DNA of 64,000 nt from Bdellovibrionales bacterium (GCA_031370005.1 JANMPT010000097.1:83925-147924), one strand, 5' to 3'. Positions 28,282 to 38,744 are shown, counted from the first letter of the stretch. Notes: generated from the letters alone by a model not told the origin. Numbers and translations are program-made.

Positions 28282-28548
28282 TTAGTAACTTCCTGTAGAG
28301 CTTTTTAAACGATCTTTAAAATCAGAACGAACGCCAATTAAAGAATCCAAAACCTTGTCTTCTTCAACTGTTGTCACTGCTTCATCCGAAAAGTGATATT
28401 TACCTTGAACTAATAAGTCCTCGAAATTATGGCTTGTAGACTCTGAATTATGTTGCTCTGGTAAGCCCGAGTTCAGAGGTTTTTCTTTTGATGGAGTGGC
28501 CATAGCTACCGTGCTTAATAAAGAAAGAATTAAAATTAGAGATTTCAT
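28282..28548 (-). CDS. Small secreted protein (GltF/CglF-like)
   Basis: Signal peptide; NFEDLLVQG...RSDFKDRL motif; directly upstream of the GltG-like gene. Confidence 0.65.
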   Translation of the reverse strand: MKSLILILSLLSTVAMATPSKEKPLNSGLPEQHNSESTSHNFEDLLVQGKYHFSDEAVTTVEEDKVLDSLIGVRSDFKDRLKSSTGSY

Positions 28549-31523
28549 AGAACCCCCCTCTCAGAAGATTTCGCTAAATTTTCAATACGTGTTTGCAGAT
28601 ACTGAGTCATCGCGGAGTTTTCAGATTTCTTTTCAAGATCCAAGAGCCCTTGCAGTGCGAGTTTATCAAAAGGATTTTGATGAACAAGATTTCTTGCCGC
28701 CTGGATCTCTTTCAAACTAGGCCTAGCTACAGCCGCGCTGATATCCCTTTTGTTAGAAGTGAGATCGGTCAAAACAGCTTGGTACTCCTGGGGAGCTATT
28801 TCACGAAGAGCATTCACTTCAGTTACAATCACACTGCGAAGCTCTGTTTGCTGCCAAGAAGCCTTCAAGGACGTCTGCCAGTTTAAGCTTTTCCAGAATT
28901 GCTCTACTTTTGCTTTTGCCTCCACTGACTTAGCTTGGAAGGGCGTTGCTTGAGCTGATAAGAGCTGCATGTATTGTTGCTGCTCTTCATCTGAAAGACC
29001 TTTTGGCATCGGAGCTGATAAAATTTCAGAGTAAAAACGTTCACTCTCCTTAGCAAGAGTATCAAGGCTGACAAGCTGAGAGGTCCAATCACTTGCATCA
29101 ATAGCGATTTTTGCAAATCCCTCTAACTTTTCAAGAAGAGCAACCCTTGCCTTCATAGAATTGGCAAGTTTACGATCATTTTTTGTATCAAGTTTGTGTT
29201 CCACTAATTTTTTCTTAAAACCACTGAAGTCTTTTAAGAAAGAAATGCGAGTCAGAAGTTTACCAGAATCAGTTGTTTTCATTCCAGGATCCTTAGTAAC
29301 TTTTTTTAGGATCACATCACTTGATGTCTTGGCAAAGACCTCTGTATAAAGCTGGGCCATCAACTGAGGGTACTTTGCAAGGATTGGATGATACAATTCA
29401 ATTTCTTTTTCTGGGGACTTTGACTTTCTCACAAGCTCTGCAGCAACAAGTTTTTTATTTTCTTCATCATTAGAAGCTTGCAAGTACTGACCGTAATAAA
29501 CTGAGCTCTTCTGACCAGAAAGCTCAGCGAACATTGCAAGTTTTAGCATCTTTTCATCCGGCTTAAGACTTTTTTTCAACTTATCTGTTGCCAATAAGGC
29601 TGCTGAAAAATCAAGAGTCATCTCAGCCATATAGGCCTTACGAGACCACGCGTACTCAGAATCCTCAACACTCAATCCTGGTTGTTCCAATAAAGCATTT
29701 GCTGCAGATTGAGCATCTGTGAACTTATTTAGCTTTTCAGCCAAAATTAGTTTGTTTTTATAATACTTAATTCTATCTTCAGTACTAGCCTGCGAAGGAT
29801 TGAACTTTCCCAGCTCAATATATGCCTCCATTGAGTCCTTACCAGCCACGTTCGCAGACTTCGTAAGAATCGCTTTTTGTACCATTTCTGAGAATTCTTT
29901 CGACCCTTCAGTCAATACCTGAGCATACTCCCCTGCCCAAGTACTAATTAAAGACTCATCCTTCATAAGGACAAGCGCATCCAAAGACAAATCAGCTGCC
30001 TGCTTACGAATTTTCTCATTTGCTTTTTTCTCAAGCGCTAATGCTCTTAACTCTTGAGATGCAGGTCCATATTTGGCCTGTTCATACATATGCCGTGCCT
30101 TTTGATATCGGACTTCAAAGACTTTGGTCTTCTTTACACTTTGAGAAAGGTAAAAATCATAAGCTTGAGTTTCAAACTGTTCATTCTTAGACTCCTCAGA
30201 AAGATCTAGCATAGAAACAAGAATAGTTTCCAGCTTATCAGGAGCCTTTGGGTCTGCAGTCATATCTTTTAACTGAATTTCTCGTGCTCTGTTATAAAAA
30301 GTCCAAGCTACATTCCAATTTTTTATCTCTTTCGCGTTGTTTGCAGCGTACAGATTCATATCCGAATCATCAGGAAAGTTTATAAGATAAACTTGATAAG
30401 CAGCCAAAAGCTCTATCGTTGGTGACTTCTTTTCTAGCTGATTCCATGAAACTATAAACTGGCGAGAACGTCGACGAAGCTCATCGCATTGATTACTTTG
30501 ACAAGACTTAAGGTCCTTCCATAAGTTCATTGCAGCTTCAAAGCTCTCAGAACTTTCTTTTCTGTTTCCAGAATCAAAATATAGCTGAGCCATAGAAATC
30601 TTCGCCGCCAAACGATCCTCAGGCTTACTCATATATCCAAATATAAAAGTCCACACCTTCAGAGCATCTGTTTTTTTGCCGATCCTCTCTAAATCAAGCG
30701 CAAGACTTTTTACATTTTGTACGCGGATTTTTTCGGGGCTAAGTTGAAATAAACTTTCAATATCTTTGCTATCGATGCTCTTTTTAGCAAGGAATGTAGC
30801 ATAGTCGCGACTAACTTCTTCTTGAAACTGTGGATCGACCTGAACTTGCGAGGAACCACTGCGGGTTAACAACGCAGGAGTTCTAAGAACTTGTTCCATT
30901 TGCTTAATTGAATTATTGACATCACCCAAGTTAAAAGCGCACCAGGCACTGCGATAAGCAGCAAGCCCACGAGATCCCGCAAGTGTATTTTTTAAAACAT
31001 CTTGATAAAAACTTTGAGCTTTTGCAAAATCACGACGTTTAAAATAAATCTCGGCCAAAGAAAATTGAGCGTCTGCTTTTAGTTCGGATTTTAGATCAGG
31101 TCCTACATTTTGGAGAATTTTATTATAAAAACCGATGGCTTTCGCCTCATCCCCAGTCAGTTGATATAAATGACCCACTTGAACCATGACTTTACCCTGG
31201 ACAGCTTCTGGGGCCCGATCCAAAACCTCAGTATAAAGTCGAAGTGCTTTTTTACGATCCGCGTCTCCGGCTTTACAAATTGTACAGCCTTGATCAAGCT
31301 CTTTCATTGACTCCATACGAGCACGCTCTGCGTACAAATCAGCAAGTCGCAAGGTCACTGCAACCTTTGATGAATCCTTAGGAGCCAAGTGTTGATAGAC
31401 ACTCCCCAACTTATCAATCAATAAGCTGCGGTTACTATCATCCATTTGGGCATGAGCATAACCAAATGGAATCAAAACACTACTTAGAGTTAAACTTAGA
31501 AATACAAAAACCTTCTTCAACAT
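28545..31523 (-). CDS. Large periplasmic TPR protein (GltD/AgmU-like)
   Basis: Signal peptide, LRLADLYAE, many TPRs, APMPKGLSDEEQQQY motif. Confidence 0.75.
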   Translation of the reverse strand: MLKKVFVFLSLTLSSVLIPFGYAHAQMDDSNRSLLIDKLGSVYQHLAPKDSSKVAVTLRLADLYAERARMESMKELDQGCTICKAGDADRKKALRLYTEVLDRAPEAVQGKVMVQVGHLYQLTGDEAKAIGFYNKILQNVGPDLKSELKADAQFSLAEIYFKRRDFAKAQSFYQDVLKNTLAGSRGLAAYRSAWCAFNLGDVNNSIKQMEQVLRTPALLTRSGSSQVQVDPQFQEEVSRDYATFLAKKSIDSKDIESLFQLSPEKIRVQNVKSLALDLERIGKKTDALKVWTFIFGYMSKPEDRLAAKISMAQLYFDSGNRKESSESFEAAMNLWKDLKSCQSNQCDELRRRSRQFIVSWNQLEKKSPTIELLAAYQVYLINFPDDSDMNLYAANNAKEIKNWNVAWTFYNRAREIQLKDMTADPKAPDKLETILVSMLDLSEESKNEQFETQAYDFYLSQSVKKTKVFEVRYQKARHMYEQAKYGPASQELRALALEKKANEKIRKQAADLSLDALVLMKDESLISTWAGEYAQVLTEGSKEFSEMVQKAILTKSANVAGKDSMEAYIELGKFNPSQASTEDRIKYYKNKLILAEKLNKFTDAQSAANALLEQPGLSVEDSEYAWSRKAYMAEMTLDFSAALLATDKLKKSLKPDEKMLKLAMFAELSGQKSSVYYGQYLQASNDEENKKLVAAELVRKSKSPEKEIELYHPILAKYPQLMAQLYTEVFAKTSSDVILKKVTKDPGMKTTDSGKLLTRISFLKDFSGFKKKLVEHKLDTKNDRKLANSMKARVALLEKLEGFAKIAIDASDWTSQLVSLDTLAKESERFYSEILSAPMPKGLSDEEQQQYMQLLSAQATPFQAKSVEAKAKVEQFWKSLNWQTSLKASWQQTELRSVIVTEVNALREIAPQEYQAVLTDLTSNKRDISAAVARPSLKEIQAARNLVHQNPFDKLALQGLLDLEKKSENSAMTQYLQTRIENLAKSSERGVL

Positions 31524-31552
31524 AAGTAATCCTTACTTAAGCATTGTAGTCT

Positions 31553-32053
31553 TTACTTCATCATGACCGCAAAACGAATATCGCTAAAACCTGCGTGTGA
31601 TGCCGCAAGAATAATTTGGTTTAACCTCTCATATTTTAGTCGACGATCCCCTTGAATCATCAGAATTCCGGGATATTCTTCTCCAGGATGACTTTCAGCA
31701 TATTGTTTACGCATGTCTAAAAGCGCGCCGACCAATGAGTCTTGAGTTAGCTCTTTTGATTCAAGATAAATTTTTCCGTCTTCCAACTTTACAACTGGAT
31801 TTCTTTCAAGAACATCTGCGCGGGAAGCTTTTGGAAGCTCTTGGCCCTTGCTAAGATAGAGCATGTCACCCGTGCTGGAAAAGCTCATCAATAAAAAGAT
31901 AACTAAAATTGAAAAGGCATCTATCAAAGCAGTTAATAGAAGATCAGCGACAATACTGCGCTTCCACTTGCCATGCTTTGGCTTAATCAAGGACTGCGAC
32001 TCAATCATCGATTGCAGAGCTGTTTCGTGAAGTACACTTTGACTAGCTAACAT
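31553..32053 (-). CDS. ExbD/TolR family protein (AglS-like)
   Basis: LTALIDAFSILVIFLL TM helix with conserved Asp; IQGD. Confidence 0.88.
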   Translation of the reverse strand: MLASQSVLHETALQSMIESQSLIKPKHGKWKRSIVADLLLTALIDAFSILVIFLLMSFSSTGDMLYLSKGQELPKASRADVLERNPVVKLEDGKIYLESKELTQDSLVGALLDMRKQYAESHPGEEYPGILMIQGDRRLKYERLNQIILAASHAGFSDIRFAVMMK

Positions 32054-32064
32054 GAAGTCCCCTC

Positions 32065-32520
32065 CTACAATGGAGCCACGCCTAAATCTGTCAACCCGAG
32101 CTTTTTAAACTCATCCATCAGAGCGATAATCTCTTCATAAGAGGATTGCGCTTGAGGTTGAATTAAAGCTGTTTTCAGACCTGGGTCTTTAGCTGTTAAT
32201 TGAGTCAAAACTCGATTCATTTCAATAAAGTTCGCATGGCCACCAAGCCCAGCAAGTTTTAAATTCGCTAGAGCCGATGGAACCAAAGAAGATTGCTGAA
32301 CATTGAAAGTAAGCTGTCCATCTTGGCCCATATAAACCCACAACAGAGGCTTTTTAGGAGTTTCTGCCTGAGATTGACCACCAACCGCCTGTTTAACATT
32401 CATAGATCCAATATGTAACCAAACTGCTGTCAGCAACAAAAAACATATGCACACTGACAATAGGTCAATACAAGGGATTAAGTTAATTTCAAAATCTAAG
32501 TGTTTATTGTGCCTACGCAT
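32065..32520 (-). CDS. ExbD/TolR family protein (AglQ-like)
   Basis: INLIPCIDLLSVCICFLL TM helix with conserved Asp; YEEIIALMD. Confidence 0.88.
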   Translation of the reverse strand: MRRHNKHLDFEINLIPCIDLLSVCICFLLLTAVWLHIGSMNVKQAVGGQSQAETPKKPLLWVYMGQDGQLTFNVQQSSLVPSALANLKLAGLGGHANFIEMNRVLTQLTAKDPGLKTALIQPQAQSSYEEIIALMDEFKKLGLTDLGVAPL

Positions 32521-32532
32521 AAGAACACCTTT

Positions 32533-33246
32533 TTAACTGTTGAGTTCAGCTTGAGTTTTTTCTGAATGCATTGTCGTAGTCTTGAAATTCTTAAACCCCA
32601 CTGGTTCGTATGCAAAAGACAACCAGTTGAAGGCCTTTAGAGCACTGTGATTTAGATCATCTGCTAAACGATTCGCACGATTTTGCAAAATTGCATAAGC
32701 AACCAGTGCAGGAATAGCCGCAATCAATCCAAAAGCCGTCGCATTCATTGCCTCAGAAATGCCGGAAGCAAGAAGCGCTGCTTTTTCAGAAGGATTTGCA
32801 TAAGCAACCGCTGCAAACGATTTAATCATACCAGTGATAGTTCCAAGGAGACCCGTCAATGTTGCCACATTGCCTAACATAGACAAAAAACCTGTTCTCT
32901 GATCAAGAAGAGCATTCTCTGCTATGAGAACTTCGTCCATCTTTCCCTGAATTTCCTCTTTGCCACCCAAGAATTTAGCAGCTTTTGCACCAGCTACAAC
33001 AGCACGAGCCACTGGAGAGGTTTGCTCTTGACCGTGTGCTTTTTGAATCACAGCATCAAGCTCACCCCGGCGGACATTGTCCTCGAATCCAGCCACAACT
33101 GCATGTTGATTCATTTTTCGTTTTATAAATAGCGCGTATGTTCTTTCAATCATGATTGCAATAGAAGCGATCTGTATAGCCAAAATTGGCCACATCCAGA
33201 AGCCGCCGTGTTCGAAAGCCAGTGCAATCTTTGTAAATAGATCCAT
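32533..33246 (-). CDS. MotA/TolQ/ExbB proton channel (AglR-like)
   Basis: ATLTGLLGTITGMIKSF and GISEAMNATAFGL motifs. Confidence 0.92.
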   Translation of the reverse strand: MDLFTKIALAFEHGGFWMWPILAIQIASIAIMIERTYALFIKRKMNQHAVVAGFEDNVRRGELDAVIQKAHGQEQTSPVARAVVAGAKAAKFLGGKEEIQGKMDEVLIAENALLDQRTGFLSMLGNVATLTGLLGTITGMIKSFAAVAYANPSEKAALLASGISEAMNATAFGLIAAIPALVAYAILQNRANRLADDLNHSALKAFNWLSFAYEPVGFKNFKTTTMHSEKTQAELNS

Positions 33247-33423
33247 GCTGTTCCCCTCATTATATATGGTCTAAATGGTTTACCTAAATCAAAGCAGAAC
33301 AAATCGTGAAGATTGTGTCATTATTTTTTTTTGATCATCTTAAGATAAAATAAGAAATCGTCACGACATGTCAGAGTTTCTTATTCATTTACCCTGCTTC
33401 TTTCTCGGACTAAAACCGAATTC

Positions 33424-34239
33424 ATGTATGAGTTCATTCTTCTATTTTGTTCGATAGCTGCTGGGTTTTTAGGCTCTCTTCTTGGTCTTGGTGGAGGCAT
33501 AATTATTGTCCCGACACTAAGTTTATTGTTCCACGTCAACATACGTTATGCCATTGCTGCGAGTCTTATTTCAATCGTTGCAACGTCATCAGGAGCTGCC
33601 GCAAGTTATCTTAAGGACAACCTTACAAATCTGCGGTTAGCAGTTTTACTAGAGATCGGAACTGTTACTGGTGCTATTACAGGATTTTTAATCGCTAAAA
33701 AAATCCAAACACATTATTTATTTTTGCTTTTTGGCGTATTCCTTTTCATCTCAACACTTATGACGCTACGCAAGCGAAGTGAGCATCTTTCGACAAAAAA
33801 TCATCCATGGTCGCATAAGTTAGGCCTGGCGAGTTCTTTTCCTGATAAAAAAAATGGTGTTCAACATTATAACGTGGAGCAAGTTCCATTTGGACTCATT
33901 GCTATGTATTTTGCTGGCGTGCTCTCATCGCTCTTGGGCATAGGCAGCGGTATTTTTAAGGTTCTTGCCATGGATGGGGCAATGAAACTTCCAATGAAGG
34001 TTTCATCTGCAACCTCTAATTTTATGATCGGCGTCACCGCCACAGCCAGTGCAGGAGCTTTTCTTTTACGTGGAGATGTTCGTCCTGAAATTGCGGCCCC
34101 AGTTTCCGTCGGCATTATTATAGGCTCCTGGATTGGCGCCCATTATATGGTGAAAATTCCTTCAAATGTGATTCGTAAAATCTTTGTTGTCGTCCTTGGT
34201 GTTGTTTCCATTCAAATGATTATCAAGGGGCTTTCATGA
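33424..34239 (+). CDS. TauE/SafE (TSUP) family exporter
   Basis: GLGGGIIIVP, SLLGIGSG and ATSNFMIGVTA motifs; about 8 TM helices. Confidence 0.9.
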   Translation: MYEFILLFCSIAAGFLGSLLGLGGGIIIVPTLSLLFHVNIRYAIAASLISIVATSSGAAASYLKDNLTNLRLAVLLEIGTVTGAITGFLIAKKIQTHYLFLLFGVFLFISTLMTLRKRSEHLSTKNHPWSHKLGLASSFPDKKNGVQHYNVEQVPFGLIAMYFAGVLSSLLGIGSGIFKVLAMDGAMKLPMKVSSATSNFMIGVTATASAGAFLLRGDVRPEIAAPVSVGIIIGSWIGAHYMVKIPSNVIRKIFVVVLGVVSIQMIIKGLS

Positions 34240-34622
34240 AAACTGAACAAGCTAACGATGACAATCTACTCAGCCTCGAATTGAGAATCGCAAAACTTCT
34301 GCGCTGGGGGGTACTTGGTGCTGGCACCTTGATGCTTTTTGGCTGGATGAGTATTTTGGATTTCAGTCAAAACCCACTTGTAAAATTTCATGACTATAAA
34401 GAGCAGAGCCTACAGAACAGCTTGAGGTCCATCGTGGAAAATCATCAGTGGGGGCTCTTAATCGCTTATGCGGGCCTTGTTCTTTTAATTAGTCTCCCCC
34501 TCTTGCGAGTTCTTATGACTGGATTTTTGTTTGTACAACGAAAAGAGCGAATTCTTGCCTTTGCTGCTTTCTTTGTTTTCGTTTTATTGATTTTGAGTTT
34601 TACGCTCGGTATTGAACTCTAA
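34236..34622 (+). CDS. DUF1634 membrane protein
   Basis: LLRWGV...GLVLLISLPLLRV pattern; usual partner of TauE genes. Confidence 0.82.
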   Translation: MKTEQANDDNLLSLELRIAKLLRWGVLGAGTLMLFGWMSILDFSQNPLVKFHDYKEQSLQNSLRSIVENHQWGLLIAYAGLVLLISLPLLRVLMTGFLFVQRKERILAFAAFFVFVLLILSFTLGIEL

Positions 34623-34633
34623 GGAGCCTCTTT

Positions 34634-35809
34634 ATGAGAAAAATTATGTTACTTTTGCCTTTTCTAGTTTTGGCCTGCGCTCAAACACCAAAAAAAGAAT
34701 ATAAATGGGTATCTTTGTCAGAAAATGGATTCACAAGTAACTCAATCACTGTGCTTAAAGAGAATAAGGACTTCCAAAGCGACAAAGGCTTTGAAAACCT
34801 CAAGACCATAAAGCAAGCCCTCCGGGGAAAGAAAACCGCCGATATAAAAAAAATCATTCTTGTCGGTGACACCGGCTGCCGTCTCAAAGAATCCAGCTTT
34901 GGAGATAGCTATCAGAATTGTAAGCACCCTCATGAATGGGTTTATGCATCTGTCATTGAAAAAATCTCTACAGAGAAACCAGACCTTATTATTCATGTCG
35001 GCGACTATCATTACCGTGAGCAATGCAGTGAGGGGAAAATTTGTCGCCAATATACGGACACTGTTGGATACGGTTGGAGATCATGGGAAGCAGATTTTTT
35101 TGCTCCTTCTCAAAAAGGTTTTCAATCTGCACCGTGGATTTTTGTACGCGGAAATCACGAGGACTGCAAACGCGCTTTTGAGGGATATAAGCTTCTCACA
35201 GAGCAACAATGGAAAAACAACTGTATCCCCGCCGAAAAAACTGAGTACATACAAGTTGGCGATCTGCTAATTGTGCAACTAGATTCATCCTCCGTTAGTG
35301 ACAAGCCCGAGACACCAGAAAACGAGGCTTTCTGGGAACAACAATTTAAGGATATCGAAAAATCGATTCAATTCACAAATGCCAAACAAGTGTGGCTGGT
35401 CACTCATAAACCGCTCATCGGTTTAGTGGAAAATTCTAAGGGTGAACTTCAAACAATAAATATGAATCTGCAAAAAGCATTTGCTAAAACTGGACTTAAT
35501 AAGAAAATTAAACTCATGATCGCAGGTCATATTCATAATACTCAACTGATAAACACCAAAAACTTCCCGAAACAACTCGTGGTTGGCAATAGTGGCACCT
35601 CCTTGGACGACCCTTCAGAACTTCAGAATCGAAATAAAATTCTTAAAAAGAAAATCAACGGACTTAAAATCACAGATTTTTTTAGTGATACAAAATCTGG
35701 TCACAGTTTTGGTTATGCCATAATGACTAAGTCTTCTGACGGCATAAACTGGGAGCTGACATTTAAAGACCTCAATGGCAATATAACCTACTCCACACAA
35801 CTACATTAG
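34634..35809 (+). CDS. Calcineurin-like metallophosphoesterase, lipoprotein
   Basis: Lipobox VLAC; GDTG, HVGDY, GNHE, THKP and GHIH motifs. Confidence 0.88.
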   Translation: MRKIMLLLPFLVLACAQTPKKEYKWVSLSENGFTSNSITVLKENKDFQSDKGFENLKTIKQALRGKKTADIKKIILVGDTGCRLKESSFGDSYQNCKHPHEWVYASVIEKISTEKPDLIIHVGDYHYREQCSEGKICRQYTDTVGYGWRSWEADFFAPSQKGFQSAPWIFVRGNHEDCKRAFEGYKLLTEQQWKNNCIPAEKTEYIQVGDLLIVQLDSSSVSDKPETPENEAFWEQQFKDIEKSIQFTNAKQVWLVTHKPLIGLVENSKGELQTINMNLQKAFAKTGLNKKIKLMIAGHIHNTQLINTKNFPKQLVVGNSGTSLDDPSELQNRNKILKKKINGLKITDFFSDTKSGHSFGYAIMTKSSDGINWELTFKDLNGNITYSTQLH

Positions 35810-35816
35810 GAATACT

Positions 35817-36353
35817 ATGGATGAAATCGAAGTTCCTCTAGAAAATCTTCATGAGGAAATGAGCGAACGCGCAGCCCATGCCAAAGAAAAATGGTTCTCT
35901 CAGGTCGCCCTAAGCTCGGCACTAGTTGCCGTCTTTGCTGCGATCTCCGCCCTTCTGGCTGGCCATCACTCAAATGAAGCAATGATTGAACAAATCAAAG
36001 CCTCTGATAAATGGGCCTACTACCAAGCTAAAGGGATTAAGAGCTCTTTGCTAAACGCCAAGATTGAAATCCTGGCGGAAATGCACAGGACCGCAAAGGT
36101 CGAAGATCATAAAAAAGCAGACGAATATAAAAAACAACAAGAGGAAATTAGCAAAGAGGCCCGCGAAAGAGAAGAGGCCTCCGAAAAGCACCTTAAGATC
36201 CATGAAGTTTATGCAAAATCAGTGACGTTCTTTCAAGTGGCAATTGCGATTGCAGCTATTTCCATTTTAATGAGACGTCGTCATTTTTGGTTTTTAAGTC
36301 TATTTTTTGGATCTGTAGGGATTGGTTTTTTTATTCAAGCCCTGTTGCTATAA
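35817..36353 (+). CDS. DUF4337-like membrane protein
   Basis: ASDKWAYYQAKGIK motif and coiled coil between TM helices. Confidence 0.8.
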   Translation: MDEIEVPLENLHEEMSERAAHAKEKWFSQVALSSALVAVFAAISALLAGHHSNEAMIEQIKASDKWAYYQAKGIKSSLLNAKIEILAEMHRTAKVEDHKKADEYKKQQEEISKEAREREEASEKHLKIHEVYAKSVTFFQVAIAIAAISILMRRRHFWFLSLFFGSVGIGFFIQALLL

Positions 36354-36360
36354 ATTCTGA

Positions 36361-36777
36361 CTACTTTGAGCCACCTGTTAAGGATGACTTTATTTCCACC
36401 TCACCTGTGGTTTTTTTTGCGGGTGTAGACTCTAAAGATAGGATACGACGGCTTTTTGCATTAGCTTTAAAACTCACCTGCGTTCCTTTTTTCATGCTTT
36501 CGTCTAAGGCCTTGTAAATTGAGCTATATTTATTTCCACTTGGAATGTAATAACTATCTTTGAGATCCTTAAAAAAAACTTCTGTCATCTCGATTTTACG
36601 AATAACTCGAACAGTGCCCGATAAAAGCTCTTCATTATCGCTAGCTTTAGGTCTCTCCGTATCAAGAATTGCCTCTTGATTACCCTCCCCGACCTCTTTA
36701 AAATCTGTAGCATTTGGTAAGGCCCGCACACTATCGCATATTAGCAAAACCCCAAGCATGCCCATTAGTAACTTCAT
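36361..36777 (-). CDS. Secreted hypothetical protein
   Basis: Signal-peptide-like MKLLMGMLGVLLICDSVRA behind a GGAG RBS. Confidence 0.55.
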   Translation of the reverse strand: MKLLMGMLGVLLICDSVRALPNATDFKEVGEGNQEAILDTERPKASDNEELLSGTVRVIRKIEMTEVFFKDLKDSYYIPSGNKYSSIYKALDESMKKGTQVSFKANAKSRRILSLESTPAKKTTGEVEIKSSLTGGSK

Positions 36778-36875
36778 AACAACTCCTGCAGTTAAAACAG
36801 AATAAATCATTGGCTTGTTTTTACTAGGTTCTAGGTGCTTTTTTTAATTTTCCTATGTTAAAGTAGGGACACATT

Positions 36876-38717
36876 ATGCGTATCCTCCAACTGCTTTCAC
36901 AAATACAGCCAACCGGGGCAGAAGCCTACGCTATTACCCTAGCCAATTGGCTAACGAATCATGGTCACGATGTGTTTATCATTTCCGACCGTATTCATGT
37001 AAAAACACGGCAACCCTATATTCCCCTGGCGGTTCACGATAAAAACATAAAAACCCGTATTATGAGTACTTTATTCCTTAGGAAATTTCTAAAACAAAAT
37101 AAAATTCAAATCATCCACTGTCACTCCAGAGCTGCGGCCAGACTTGCATACTGGGCCACTCAAGGGATGAAAGTTTCTGTAATTTCAACTATCCACGGTC
37201 GCCAGACCACCTCTCTTTCAAAGAAAATTCTTGATATTTATGGACTGAAAAATATTTGTATATGTGAAAATGTCGCCAACAACCTTTCATCGAAATTAAG
37301 AATGAATCACAGAAAGATACGTCTTATTCGCAATCCTGTAGATTCACAAAAATTAGATTTTGTAGAAACCCTGACTGAAGAGCAAAAAATTGCCTGGGTG
37401 GGAAGATTCACCGGGCCTAAAGGTGAGCGAGCACGAGAATTTATTGAGAAATCTGTCCCATTTCTTTTACAAAAGTTTCAAAATCTTAAAATAGAAATTA
37501 TTGGCGGAAATCAACAACTTCTCGGCAATGAAACCATGGACCGCGTCTTTGCACTACAAAAAAAATATCCAAAACGACTTCGCGTACATTCACACCTTGA
37601 GAATCTCGATCAAGAGCTAGAAAACTTTCAAATGGTGCTGGGCGCAGGCCGTGTCGCAATTAGTTCACTAATGCGCGGAATACCCACCTACGCTATTGGT
37701 GAGTACTCAGCTGAAGGTTTAGTGACCGTGGAAAACCTTGACCAGACAATGAAAAGTAACTTTGGTGATATTGGTTCTGATGGCAAAGCCACGAGTTCTA
37801 TTGATTTTTTAAAAATGACTGCTGAACTTACTGCTTTTTTGGAGGGACCAAGTCTCCTAAGCGTGACGGAACGCCATAAACTTCGGGATGTAATCTTTAG
37901 AAACTACGACCAGGATATTGTTTGTAAAAAGATTTTTAACACATACAAATCAGCTCACTTCTTAACGAATCATTCCGCATCTATTCCCGTTCTAATGTAT
38001 CACAAAATTCCTGAGCAAAAGTTAGAAAGTAAGCACCGGATTTTTGTCACAAAAAATACATTCGAATCCCATCTTAAATTTTTTAAAGATCAAGGATTCA
38101 CCACTCTCATGTTCAAGGATCTTGAGAACTATCGCTCAGGTAAAACAGATTTTAAATATTTTCCTCGAAAGCCACTAATTCTCACCTTTGATGATGGCTA
38201 TCTTGACAATCTGACGAATGCAGCTCCACTTTTAAAAAAATATGAAATGAACGCGGTGATTTTTCTTTTAGCTGACCATCAACTCAAGTCCAACTCTTGG
38301 GACAGTGAGGGAGAAGAAATACCTCAGTCGCTTATGACCTTAGAACAAAAGAAAGAACTCCTCAAATTCAACTATGAGATTGGCTCTCACGGCTTTAATC
38401 ACCGCAAAATAACAGAGATGACTGAGCCCGAGGCTATGCATGAGCTTTCTGAATCAAAAAAAGAACTCGAAAAACACTTCGGGCCGATTTCCACCTACGC
38501 TTTCACCTATGGCATCACCAGTCCACGTGCGGCGGAGCTTGCCGAGGAGATCGGATATAATTTTGCTGTAAATACGGACTCTGGAGGTCTTCACCATGAA
38601 GAAAACCCCTTTGCCATTTTCCGCATTAATATATTCCCCGAAGATGGGCCCACCCAACTTCGAAAGAAAACCTCATCATGGTACCGTAAGTACTTTTATT
38701 TGAAACGCGGACGCTGA
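36876..38717 (+). CDS. Fusion of a GT-B (GT4-like) glycosyltransferase and a NodB/CE4 polysaccharide deacetylase
   Basis: N-terminal TGAE...HCHSR...IRNP...VGR; C-terminal VLMYH, LTFDDGY, IGSHGFNH. Confidence 0.85.
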   Translation: MRILQLLSQIQPTGAEAYAITLANWLTNHGHDVFIISDRIHVKTRQPYIPLAVHDKNIKTRIMSTLFLRKFLKQNKIQIIHCHSRAAARLAYWATQGMKVSVISTIHGRQTTSLSKKILDIYGLKNICICENVANNLSSKLRMNHRKIRLIRNPVDSQKLDFVETLTEEQKIAWVGRFTGPKGERAREFIEKSVPFLLQKFQNLKIEIIGGNQQLLGNETMDRVFALQKKYPKRLRVHSHLENLDQELENFQMVLGAGRVAISSLMRGIPTYAIGEYSAEGLVTVENLDQTMKSNFGDIGSDGKATSSIDFLKMTAELTAFLEGPSLLSVTERHKLRDVIFRNYDQDIVCKKIFNTYKSAHFLTNHSASIPVLMYHKIPEQKLESKHRIFVTKNTFESHLKFFKDQGFTTLMFKDLENYRSGKTDFKYFPRKPLILTFDDGYLDNLTNAAPLLKKYEMNAVIFLLADHQLKSNSWDSEGEEIPQSLMTLEQKKELLKFNYEIGSHGFNHRKITEMTEPEAMHELSESKKELEKHFGPISTYAFTYGITSPRAAELAEEIGYNFAVNTDSGGLHHEENPFAIFRINIFPEDGPTQLRKKTSSWYRKYFYLKRGR

Positions 38718-38744
38718 GTAATATTAAAAAATAAGTAAGTAGCT

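Noticed and set aside
31553..33246. Canonical Tol-Pal or TonB-dependent uptake locus
   Set aside because: No tolB, pal or TonB-dependent receptor; two TolR genes plus TPR and vWA partners fit Agl/Glt better
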